The notes beneath the pieces were generated by a model. That model did no database searches, was not told the DNA's origin, and was given only the letters and a program-made list of their open reading frames with translations. Below, one piece after another: positions 53,350 to 63,985 of a stretch of DNA of 64,000 bases. The stretch is taken from NCBI RefSeq assembly GCF_001194135.2, contig NC_068993.1, positions 19,526,207 to 19,590,206 on the forward strand, given 5' to 3'. Position 1 is the stretch's first letter, and each line of letters starts with the position of its first letter. This DNA is from Octopus bimaculoides. Taxonomy: Eukaryota. The translations under genes and the position numbers were made by a program.

Positions 53350-53754
53350 NNNNNNNNNNNNNNNNNNNNNNNNNNNNNNNNNNNNNNNNNNNNNNNNNNN
53401 NNNNNNNNNNNNNNNNNNNNNNNNNNNNNNNNNNNNNNNNNNNNNNNNNNNNNNNNNNNNNNNNNNNNNNNNNNNNNNNNNNNNNNNNNNNNNNNNNNNN
53501 NNNNNNNNNNNNNNNNNNNNNNNNNNNNNNNNNNNNNNNNNNNNNNNNNNNNNNNNNNNNNNNNNNNAACGCATGTTATAATTGCATACTTTATTCATTA
53601 AAATAGAAGATATACACATAATTATATATATATATATATATATGCATATACAAACGTACATATATATCTACTACTACACATGTGGAAACTCGCTGTATGT
53701 TAGTTTGTGGCGTTGTTAGCTAACTCCTACATCGTTTTATTGATTTTGAAGAAA

Positions 53755-54170
53755 CTTGACACGTATGTCTGGAAACCTCTTGACATACTTAGATTGTTGA
53801 AAAATCGATAATACGGCCCTTGGAAGAGACCTTTATAGCTACCTCATACAACTAATGTCTTTAAACACACAAGGGAAATAACCCATAGTATCTGCACAAT
53901 ATTTTTAAACACTCAAGGGAAATAACCCATTTCATTGTTTATGTTCAGTTAGTTTGAATATTGACTTCTTTGTGTGTCCCATTTCTAATGTTTGCAGACA
54001 ATATCACTTTTATACTTTATTTGACATGTCTGGAAACCTCGTAACAAACTTAGATTGTTGAAAAAATTGATAATAGGGCCCATCAAATGGATCCTTCTAT
54101 CTACTACATATTACTGATATTTTATTTAAACAACGCAAGGGAAATAACCCATACCACATGCAATTTTTAG
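53755..54170. repeat. Diverged tandem duplication (~265 bp period) with an internal 28-bp duplicate
   Basis: atgtctggaaacctc...acttagattgttgaaaaa occurs at ~53765 and ~54027. aagggaaataacccat occurs three times. Confidence 0.8.
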
Positions 54171-54953
54171 CGAAGCGATCAATATTTCATTCTCACGATC
54201 AGCCGACGTAATTTTGTATTTCACTACTCAGTTTTGAACTGCTAAACATTATTATTACAGTTCCTTAATTTGAATCTTAGGCATTAAAGACCTCATGCAA
54301 ACATTTCTATACATACATACTTTTTTAAATTGCCCATTACTCCGATAATTCTGCATTTTTACAGTTACACTTTTTCCATGACAGTAGCTAAGTTTTTTAT
54401 TCCACAACGTATTTGCAGTGGCTTCATGCAGGCATAGCGTGGATTCGATCCTTGATTGTCAAATTTCACTTAACACTTCAAAAATGCTTTTCTCACGGTA
54501 AAACAATAGTTTTTCTGTGAATGACAGCAGTTATAAATTTCCCAGATGCCTTCGCTAAGCAGAATAATGTCTTTGCCTCTCGCCAACGCCCGAAAACCTC
54601 TTTCGCCAACCTCTGACATTCTGTCCTTCCTTAGCTGACAGCTTTTTTCACTTTTTCGTGAAGGAAAATACACCTTTTGCTTTCTTATATAAGAGTAATA
54701 GGGCGCTTCAATGTAACATCTTTACTCTCGGGAATTACCGGGTACACCANNNNNNNNNNNNNNNNNNNNNNNNNNNNNNNNNNNNNNNNNNNNNNNNNNN
54801 NNNNNNNNATATATGTATATATGTATATTTATGTACATATATATATGTATATATATACATACATATGTATATATATTTACATACATATACAAATTTGTAA
54901 ACTGTTACGTAATGGTAAAATCAGCATGTTAAGTACTCCATCTGGTGAGATAA

Positions 54954-55546
54954 ATATTATTTAGTAGACACAATATATGTTTTAATGTGCTACTAATTGT
55001 TTTATGTGCTGAGAGCATACCAGAGAGTATTTTTTTAACGCGTTTGATATCCAAACAAAATCTTCAGGCATTGCCCACATAGCATAACAAACTAAAAATG
55101 GAACGATAGAATGACAGAAAAAGCGAGTAAAGTCAAGAAAGAAGTAAATACAAAAGGTGGAAGATCGAAAAAAACAAAATATGAAAAAGAAAACAAAGAA
55201 GAGAATTGTCAAAAGTAGAGTTATTTGCACCACAGACTCTAAGCCACTATCTTTTCAGCTTTATACCTTGCAGTCTAAGGGGGAAATAACTAATCCCCCA
55301 CCACTTTTTCATTCTTTCTGTTTTCTTTTTCGTCTTCTGGTTTTTCAATCTTCCACCTTTTATATCTACTTCTTCCTCGTCTTTTCTAAACTTTTCTCTC
55401 ATCTTATCGTCTCATTTTTAGCTTGTTATGCCATATTAACAGTGCCTCATGATTGATTTAGGCATAAAAAATAATATCTAGCTTGCTCTCAGCACGTGAA
55501 ACTAATAGTAGCACATAAGACATATACCGTGTCTACTGAATAATAT
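54954..55546. mobile_element. Old fold-back (palindromic MITE-like) element
   Basis: The left half aligns with the reverse complement of the right half: atattatt(t/c)agtagacac, atgtgctacta, gtgctgagagca, gcataacaa(a/g)ctaaaaatg and aaaaggtggaagat. Identity is about 70% by eye. Confidence 0.8.
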
Positions 55547-55923
55547 ATATGTATACATCAATATTAATATGTACATCACTATATACATCTATGAAAAACG
55601 AATATACCTATGGATAAAAAAATCATATATAATTATACAGATACGTATGTCTCTCGCTCTTTTTCTGTTTCTTTTAACACACATACACACATAAACACAC
55701 ACACATATACATCCATACATACATATATGCACACATATGCAAGAAATACGTACATATGAATAATGCATAATATAAAATTAAAGTTACTTCTCGAGTGAAA
55801 TACAATATTTTGTAGGTATCATATAACATAATATAATCATATATCCTTAAATCTCGTTAAATGGATTAAACGAATAACACATATACTTTATGCCAAAATC
55901 AAGTTGTCATTTATATATATATA

Positions 55924-55958
<35 letters not shown>

Positions 55959-56305
55959 NNNNNNNNNNNNNNNNNNNNNNNNNNNNNNNNNNNNNNNNNN
56001 NNNNNNNNNNNNNNNNNNNNNNNNNNNNNNNNNNNNNNNNNNNNNNNNNNNNNNNNNNNNNNNNNNNNNNNNNNNNNNNNNNNNNNNNNNNNNNNNNNNN
56101 NNNNNNNNNNNNNNNNNNNNNNNNNNNNNNNNNNNNNNNNNNNNNNNNNNNNNNNNNNNNNNNNNNNNNNNNNNNNNNNNNNNNNNNNNNNNNNNNNNNN
56201 NNNNNNNNNNNNNNNNNNNNNNNNNNNNNNNNNNNNNNNNNNNNNNNNNNNNNNNNNNNNNNNNNNNNNNNNNNNNNNNNNNNNNNNNNNNNNNNNNNNT
56301 ATATA

Positions 56306-56344
<39 letters not shown>

Positions 56345-56359
56345 ATATATATATATGTG

Positions 56360-56409
<50 letters not shown>

Positions 56410-56926
56410 ATTGTGAGTGTGTGTGATACACATATATTCACGCACGCACACACTCACACACATGCTCACACAAAAACACAAATGTATATATGTGCGTATG
56501 TGTGTGTTTGTGTGTGTGTGTATTTCAGTTTATAATGACGCACACATTATATATCAGCGTTTCTGTGTATCTGTGTATAGTCATTTGCGTACAGACAAGC
56601 ACGAACAACTCACTACATACCAGTGTATTTTAAAGGAAAAAAATCTATCGAGTGGAGTGGTATTTTATTAAATATTCACTAATAATTAAGTAAATATAGA
56701 ATTATATTTCGTTTATGCTACTCCAAACATTTCTGAAGTTACTAATAAATATAATAATATTTAGACCAAGTTGCTTTTTGTCATTTAGAATTTTTGCTCG
56801 AGATATCAAGTTAGATACAGATCTACTTGGATAAACTGGTTTAGCAAATATGATAGTAACAGTTCGAATTCTAAGACGATCAAACTGTGCAATTGCTTCA
56901 ATACTAACAGAGTAGTTTGTGAATAC

Positions 56927-57243
56927 ACATGGTTTAGTGGTTAGAGGATTTAGTTAGGGCATTGTAAGGTCATGCGTTTGATATCCGACGGCGTGTTGTT
57001 TCCTTGAGCAAGATACTTTGATGCACGTTGCTCCAATGTCCTCAGCTGGCAAAAATGGGTTGCACTCGTATTTCAAAGGGTCAGCCTTGACACATCCTGT
57101 GTCATACTGACTCTCCATGAGAACTGCATTATGGGTGCGTGTGTCTGTGGAGTACTCAGATACATGGACGTTAATTTTGCGAGCAGGTTTTCCGTTGATC
57201 GGATCAACTGTAACACTCATCACGGTAACCGACGGAGTGCCAT
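56927..57243 (+). mobile_element. tRNA-derived SINE with a ccttgagcaagatactt central segment and the family C tail
   Basis: Head tggtttagtggttag. Central segment ccttgagcaagatactttgatgcacgttgctcc...agctggcaaaaatggg. The tail is shared with 6075-6445. Confidence 0.8.
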
Positions 57244-57254
57244 TAATAGAGTAG

Positions 57255-57835
57255 TTTAAGGCGGGTCAGCAGACTCATTAGCATTCCGGGCGAAATGTTT
57301 CTGGGTTCAAATTCCACCGAGGTCAACTTTGCCTTTCATCCTTTCGGGGTCCATAAAATAAGTACCCGTTGAGTGCTGAGATAGACGTAACGGTCTTACC
57401 TCAACTCCTGCTTCCGTGTGCAAAAATTGGAAGCCAATATTTTAAATAGCTTTTGAATTAGTCTTAATAGTAGACTATATAAAGAAAAAAGTTATATTTC
57501 TGTACGTTTGGGTATCCATGTATATTTGATTTTACAATATGTAAAACACATAATTTTATATTGTATTAGCTAGGAATATACAGAAGACTCTTGTGTAACG
57601 CTTAATATATTCTGTTTTAATATGAGGTTCCACAAAGGCGGCGAACAGGTAGGATGGTTGTTATGTCGGGCAAAATGTTTAGCGGCATTTCGTTATGCAT
57701 TCAAATTCTACCGAGATGGACTTTGCCTTTCATCATTCGGGATCAATAAAATAAGTACCAGTTGTGTACTGGGTGGATGTAATTTTGAGGTAGTGGGTGA
57801 CTCCCACTACAAAATTTCAGGCCTTCTTTCTAATT
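57255..57835 (+). mobile_element. Two decayed SINE family A copies (57255-57440 and 57636-57835)
   Basis: gggttcaaattccaccgaggtcaactttgcctttcatcctttcgggg, and aaggcggcgaac...ataagtaccagttg. Confidence 0.8.
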
Positions 57836-57855
57836 GTAGAAAGGAATATGAGGTC

Positions 57856-57888
<33 letters not shown>

Positions 57889-58112
57889 TATAAATATTTA
57901 TATAGACATATGCACACACATACATAGATAAAAAGTTCACATACATTAAAAGGCAACATATATTTCTAAGGATATATGTTCGTATGTACGTATATATAAT
58001 GTACATAGATACAAAATATAAGAATATATGCATGTGTATATGTATATATATACATGTTGGTTTTTTTCTTTAGATGTATGTATGCATATATACATACAAA
58101 CACACACACATA

Positions 58113-58315
58113 CACAGGGGGAATGCTGAAAAGTTCCTGGCTTTAAGAGTGTCACGAAAGGCCTGGTTGGAGCTCTAAAGTTCCGAGTTCTTTTAAGGGC
58201 TTAGAATGCTACAAAAAGTGTGTTTATCTGAAAGGGAAATATGTTGAATAAAATCAATTAAATGAACCTCCTACATTTTCTATTACCCAGAGCCAAGACG
58301 TTTTCACCCCTGTCT
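58113..58315 (+). mobile_element. Internally deleted mariner (MITE-like, ~200 bp)
   Basis: Imperfect TIRs cagggg..gctgaaaagttcctggcttt and agagccaagacgttttcacccctg. It retains the transposase C-terminus YKKCVYLKGKYVE*. Confidence 0.7.
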
Positions 58316-58319
58316 CGTG

Positions 58320-58352
<33 letters not shown>

Positions 58353-58389
58353 ATCTATCTGTCTATCTATCTATTTATCTATCTCTCTG

Positions 58390-58433
<44 letters not shown>

Positions 58434-59295
58434 TATATACCTGCATACTTACAAACAATAACACACATACATGCGTATATATGTGTATGTGCCTGTATTC
58501 TATGTTTATACGTGTGTGTACTTGTGTGTGCGTGTATGCATATTTATATACGCTTCCATGTGCACATGTTTATAAACCTATCTCTAACAGTATTTGTCAA
58601 TGTATGTATTTTATGTGCGACTCAATGTATAAATGTATACGCATTCAGACACATTTGCAATTCCATTTTACGCCGAAGCTCTTTCTCTTCAGCCAACCAT
58701 AGATTTCTTTCTTCTCGTATGCATTTCTGTTTATAAGTAGTTTACTGAAGACAGTTAAATACAACAGAATACCGTCAGTTAAATACAACTGAATACCGTA
58801 AGCATAAAATGTTGAGAGAAGGCAGTACGATATAACATTGTTGATTTAATTAAGGATCTAATAAATTCTAGAAAACAGCTTTCAGCTTTGATTAGCAGCA
58901 GAAATATTTTATATGTAAGCAAGTAATACTTTCCTTTGAATATATTGTGTATGTGTTATATTATAGATTAGGAGAAATGAGCAGTTATTTTTGATGCGTT
59001 TCTCTAGTAATTGTTAGCGATGTAAGTTTATTTTCTTTAATAAGTGTCAAAAATACGTTAGCAAACTGGAATTATTGCGAAATGCTTCTTTTCGTTAACT
59101 CGCTAATTATCCACAATATATTTACGAGTATTAATTTATAGATGTTTCCATAAGCTGCAGCTTCTGTTTATTTTGTTCTTTATTTATCTTTATTTGTTTC
59201 AGTCATAACACAGCAACACTGCCTTGAAATATCTTAATCGAACGAATATATATATATATATATATATACACTTTTTTTTATTAAAGCTGCAAAAC

Positions 59296-59350
59296 ATCAC
59301 AGTAACTTCTACTCAGAGTTTCACGTTGCCGTTCGTCGGACAACTGTGAT
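59296..59350 (-). ncRNA. Minimal type I hammerhead-ribozyme-like motif
   Basis: The minus strand reads AUCACAGU UGU CCGACGA ACG-GCAA-CGU GAA ACUC-U-GAGU A GAAGUU ACUGUGAU: core, GNRA-capped stem II, GAAA, palindromic stem III, GUA cleavage triplet and an 8-bp distal stem I. Confidence 0.75.
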
Positions 59351-59700
59351 CAAGAATCTTGGAAATGGTGTCTGGTACTTTGTAGCTATAATATAGTGAT
59401 ATTTTTCAGAAACAATTTAACATTCGTAGATCAGTCGAACATCAGGTCCTAATTCAAACAAAAAAGAACTTCTTGTCCAGTTCGCGGAGGCAAACGTTTT
59501 AAATATAATTTATTATTTATGGAAATGTTGAGAAAATTGTGAGAAGAAAAAGAGAAGTGCTGCTCAACTGGCTTACCGGATTTTCTGAAGTTCATGAGAC
59601 ACAGCTTTAAGCATTTCAGCAATATTGCGTTGGTGTTGTTTGACAATTTTTTCCTAAGCATATGAATTTGAACTAGACATGATTCCTGGTACCTTTAACG
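59296..59700 (-). mobile_element. Penelope-like element 3' remnant (GIY-YIG C-terminus plus pseudo-LTR)
   Basis: The ORF 59449-59661 contains RKSGKPVEQHF...H...RTGQEVLF, resembling the PLE GIY-YIG C-terminus (PV..HF...H...R...E..FI). It lies upstream of the hammerhead on the same strand. Confidence 0.55.
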
Positions 59701-59724
59701 AAATGTACGTGCATACACACATGA

Positions 59725-59830
59725 CTAGTTGTTGTTGTCGTTGATGATGATGATGACGACGATGATAATGATGATGATGATGAAGGTTGTGGTTGTGGCT
59801 GTGGTGGTGGTGGTGGTGGTGGTGGCAGTG
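59725..59830. repeat. Compound trinucleotide tract (GTT, GAT, GGT)
   Basis: Read directly from the sequence. Confidence 0.9.
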
Positions 59831-59895
59831 GTCTCTCGTTATCTGAAAAAAAAAGATTCTGCAATTTCTTACTATACAATCTAGACATAATTTGT

Positions 59896-60863
59896 TTAGA
59901 GCATATCTGTCTTCGACACGACCTTCACAGCCACATGCAGAGGCCGTGTAGGGTCCTCAATACAGGCTAGAACCCCTCTCATCCGACCCTCTAGGGTAAA
60001 CCCTTTCATAAATTCTTCAATTGCCCCTCCCTTGTGACAGAAGATTACAAATTTCTGCTTTACCCAGGGAGAGACTTCATTTTCCACCGTCGGTTGCACA
60101 ATTCCCACCGACGGTGTTTCGGGACATGCCGGCAGTGTGTTAGTAACCGCCGGCAATGCTCCGTTTTTCATCTTTTACCATGGGAAGGCGGAGTTCTTCT
60201 CTTTTGTCCAGAAGATTTTCCTTCCCTCCCGCAGCCTTAGAATCCCTCGGTGGGCAACCATTACCACCCACCTTCTTCCTCTTCCGGCCCTTTTTCGTCA
60301 AGGAGGCCTCCACCTCCTCGACCATCTCCTTCTCTCCCTCCGAACGAGGAATGGGAGGCTCTTTCTCAACTAACAGCTATCACCGGATACCTGTTACCAG
60401 CCATAGTCAGAAAATCTGGGAAGACCAGATTCTTAGCTGATTGGGTCCACAGGGTCAAAGCAGCTTTTGACCCAACGCAATCAGCCGCCGGCAACATTTT
60501 TACATTAAGCAACTTGGATTCGCTGCCACCCAGACCCCGGCGGATAGTATCTTCTATCCACTCGGGTTCCATTCCAGGTGGCAACCTGCGGACCCAAGCT
60601 CTTGTCAACTTCTTCCTACAATATGTGAGAAGAAACAGGTGCAAGCCTCCTCAGAGGTGTCAAATAGCAACCACACCGTTGCATACTTGGCACCCCTGGA
60701 AATATATTTTATAGTTCTCAATCTCTATCTTTTTGAAGACGGCGATGGTGTCGAGCGACTTTGATTAAGTCCTCAACACCACCGTCCTCTCTTCTAAGTC
60801 TTTCACCCACTCTTTGGGTGGGGCAATCTCCCATTCCAACACAGTGTTCGGTTTTTCTGCCAT
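59896..60863 (-). pseudogene. Broken ~320-codon ORF, probably a LINE ORF1/gag-like protein
   Basis: GC-rich island starting at ATG 60863 (MAEKPNTVLEWEIAPPKEWVKDLEERTVVLRT*...). The pieces AKYATVWLLFDTSEEAC, TYCRKKLTRAWVRRLPPGMEPEWI..., an E/K-rich linker and KFVIFCHKGG... are joined through stops and frameshifts. The family assignment is inferred. Confidence 0.6.
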
Positions 60864-60971
60864 GTTTTGGAAGAAGATAAGTTCACACAAAAAAGTTCAA
60901 ATAGTTTTAAAAAACACAAAAAGGTAAGAAGGAAGAAGGAAAGAAAACAGTCCAAAACTCAGCGACTTCAA

Positions 60972-61211
60972 TCTTCCGGCCAACTGGTACTCCCGGCCAA
61001 CTGGTACTCCCGGCCAACGGGTATAGTAACAGGAACACAGCGACTGGAACACAGCTTCACAAATTTCACGAATAAATTGGTACACAAATTAGTAAAAACA
61101 AATTCCACAATTTTTGGAGGTGGAATACGCCCCCAAAATACTGCATACAATCTTACGGCCACCGGTACTCCAGGCCAACCAAATAGTAGCAGGAACACAG
61201 CAACAGGAACA
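60972..61211. repeat. Nested tandem repeats upstream of the ORF (17-bp ccggccaactggtactc units, 14-bp ggaacacagc units, ~180-bp higher-order period)
   Basis: Read directly. It runs into an N gap. Confidence 0.85.
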
Positions 61212-61850
61212 NNNNNNNNNNNNNNNNNNNNNNNNNNNNNNNNNNNNNNNNNNNNNNNNNNNNNNNNNNNNNNNNNNNNNNNNNNNNNNNNNNNNNNNNN
61301 NNNNNNNNNNNNNNNNNNNNNNNNNNNNNNNNNNNNNNNNNNNNNNNNNNNNNNNNNNNNNNNNNNNNNNNNNNNNNNNNNNNNNNNNNNNNNNNNNNNN
61401 NNNNNNNNNNNNNNNNNNNNNNNNNNNNNNNNNNNNNNNNNNNNNNNNNNNNNNNNNNNNNNNNNNNNNNNNNNNNNNNNNNNNNNNNNNNNNNNNNNNN
61501 NNNNNNNNNNNNNNNNNNNNNNNNNNNNNNNNNNNNNNNNNNNNNNNNNNNNNNNNNNNNNNNNNNNNNNNNNNNNNNNNNNNNNNNNNNNNNNNNNNNN
61601 NNNNNNNNNNNNNNNNNNNNNNNNNNNNNNNNNNNNNNNNNNNNNNNNNNNNNNNNNNNNNNNNNNNNNNNNNNNNNNNNNNNNNNNNNNNNNNNNNNNN
61701 NNNNNNNNNNNNNNNNNNNNNNNNNNNNNNNNNNNNNNNNNNNNNNNNNNNNNNNNNNNNNNNNNNNNNNNNNNNNNNNNNNNNNNNNNNNNNNNNNNNN
61801 NNNNNNNNNNNNNNNNNNNNNNNNNNNNNNNNNNNNNNNNNNNNNNNNNN

Positions 61851-61851
61851 N

Positions 61852-61900
<49 letters not shown>

Positions 61901-62075
61901 GCAACAACATCGAAAATGCCTTAGGAATGAGAACCCAGGTTCAAAATTTCCCGATGAAGGCGGGAGGGTACATCAGCTGAAATGTGTTAACAATAAACAA
62001 TATGAGGTCAAATATCCGTCAGTTGTAAATAATGTAAATAATGTACATAATTCCTCATCTTTTAAATATAGAACT
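61851..62075 (+). mobile_element. (TAA)n tract followed by a probable Penelope-like pseudo-LTR with a decayed hammerhead-like motif
   Basis: ccgatga aggcgg-gagggtacat-cagct gaaa at 61951-61982, with gtaaataat repeats downstream. Confidence 0.45.
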
Positions 62076-62282
62076 GTAGTATTTATGCGTGTGTGTGTGT
62101 GTTGGTAGCTAATTAGTATAGCTGTTTTGCGGGAATTGTTTCCGCTCTTAGCATTCTGATTTCAAATCATTTCGAGGACACTAATAAATGATGTCCTGCT
62201 TGCTAGGTGAGCAGGCATACGTCGAATAAGTGAGCGCCAGTCTATTACAAGGTAATTCATTTACAACCGAATGACCTGGACC

Positions 62283-62390
62283 AACATGAAATGAAATGCT
62301 TTACTCAAGAACACCAGGAACCCTCCCGGTCCGAGAATGGAAGCCACGATCTTTCGAGCTACGCTCAAATCACTCGGCCACACGCCTTCA
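62283..62390 (-). mobile_element. 5' fragment of a tRNA-SINE (family C-related)
   Basis: gaaatgaaatgctttactcaagaacacc...ccggtccgagaatggaagccacgatc...ggccacacgcc. Confidence 0.7.
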
Positions 62391-62442
62391 CACCCCACCA
62401 TACACACACACACACACATACACACACAACACTCATATATTC

Positions 62443-62695
62443 GTTTCTACTCTAAGCACAAAGCCCGAAATTTTGGGGGGAGGGGCCAGTCGATTAAAGG
62501 GGACAAACAAGAACAGACAAAGGGATTAAGTCGATTACACCGACCCCAGTGCGTAACTGGTACTAAATTTATCGACCTGAAAGGATGAAAGGCAAAGTCG
62601 ACCTCGGCGGAATTTGACCTCAGAACATAACGGCAGACGAAATACAGCTAAGCATTTCGCCCGGCGTGCTAACGTTTCTGCCAGCTCGCCGCCTG
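62443..62695 (-). mobile_element. Well-preserved SINE family A with a chimeric tail (iii followed by i)
   Basis: Near-consensus head and body. The minus-strand tail is taatcgacttaatccctttgtctg...tgtcccct + taatcgactggcccctcc...cttagagtagaaacgaa. Confidence 0.9.
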
Positions 62696-63454
62696 CACAC
62701 ACTCATATATTATTGATATTGTTTGAAATTTCATCTTTTCCAATAAGCACAAGCACAATCTTTGATTATTATTTACTTTAATTAAAGTTTTCCGGACTAT
62801 TAACCTCATTTCTTTGTCTTTCCATTTATATATCCTCTTAATCGATTCAGTCTCTAGCGAGGTTAATACACTGGAAGACTTTAATTATATAATAATTCAT
62901 AACTAAAGTTTAGACACACATTATTCGATTCCTTATTTAATTACTTATGCTGCTGGTATAAACATCATTTATTACGCTTCTGTGACCTCTTTGGTAATTT
63001 ATCTACGTAGAGATCAGTTATGAGGTCACAAGACTAAAAGAGAAGACATTGATACTAAACACTTAATTAAATACGAGATATTAATATTAATCACAATTAA
63101 TGCGTGTGTTTATTATTGGTAAAATGACTCTTTCAAGATACGATATCTGTTTCTATGCAAGATTTGATTTCAAGACAAACACGTACGTATTCACACTCAC
63201 ACATATTTACGCTGTTATTCTCAGCTTCTCTCTCTCTATCTCTCTCTCTCTCTCTTTCTCCCTTTCTCTCTCTCTCTCTCTCTCTCTCTCCGTCTCTCTG
63301 TCTTTGCATATATACTTGTGTGTATATACATATATATATAAACCACATCATAACTATTTCCAGTTTATTTCAACTATATGTGTCCCTCGTCACTATATTA
63401 CAGCCCGAATCCTCATTATGCCTCTCCATAGGTGGCATTATATGAGAATGGGAA

Positions 63455-63670
63455 GGTGGTGAGCTGGCAGAATCGTTAGCGTGCTGGACGAAATGCTTAG
63501 CTGTATTTTGCCCGTCGCTACGTTCTGAGTTCAAATTCCGCCGAAATCGACTGCACCTTTCATCATTTCGGGGATGATAAACTAAGTACCAGTGAAACAC
63601 TAGGGTTGATGTAATCGACTAGTCCCCTCCCCACAATTTTTAGGTCTTGTACCTCCAGTAGAAAGGATTA
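63455..63670 (+). mobile_element. SINE family A, tail type i
   Basis: aaggtggtgagctggcagaatcgttagc...gagttcaaattccgccga...ttgtacctccagtagaaagga. Confidence 0.9.
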
Positions 63671-63934
63671 TGAGAACGGGATCTCAACGTATATGAAAAT
63701 CAAACATCATTCATATGGTTACTAGCTGTGCACTTTTGCACTACTATGTGCACACACACACACACACACACACATAGACACACACACCCTCACACGCATA
63801 CACACACTCGCACGTGCACACACGCACACATACACGCACACATTCACACCACACAGACACACACATATTAGGCCTCCTGGCTTTCACACAAGCAGCCCGT
63901 CTTCGATTCCCAGCATGAGAACACAATTATTCTA

Positions 63935-63985
63935 AGGTCGTGCTCCAGCATGGCCACAGTCAAATGACTGAAACAAGTAAAACAA
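63935..63985 (+). mobile_element. 3' tail of SINE family B
   Basis: aggtcgtgctccagcatggccacagtcaaatgactgaaacaagtaaaa. Confidence 0.8.

Noticed and set aside
60085-60116. 10-bp inverted repeat next to GAAAC on the minus strand
   Set aside because: There is no CUGANGA core or NUH triplet. It is a simple hairpin inside the ORF1-like remnant.
60972-61211. Short repeats that could suggest a CRISPR-like array
   Set aside because: The units are contiguous without unique spacers, the context is eukaryotic, and there are no cas genes.
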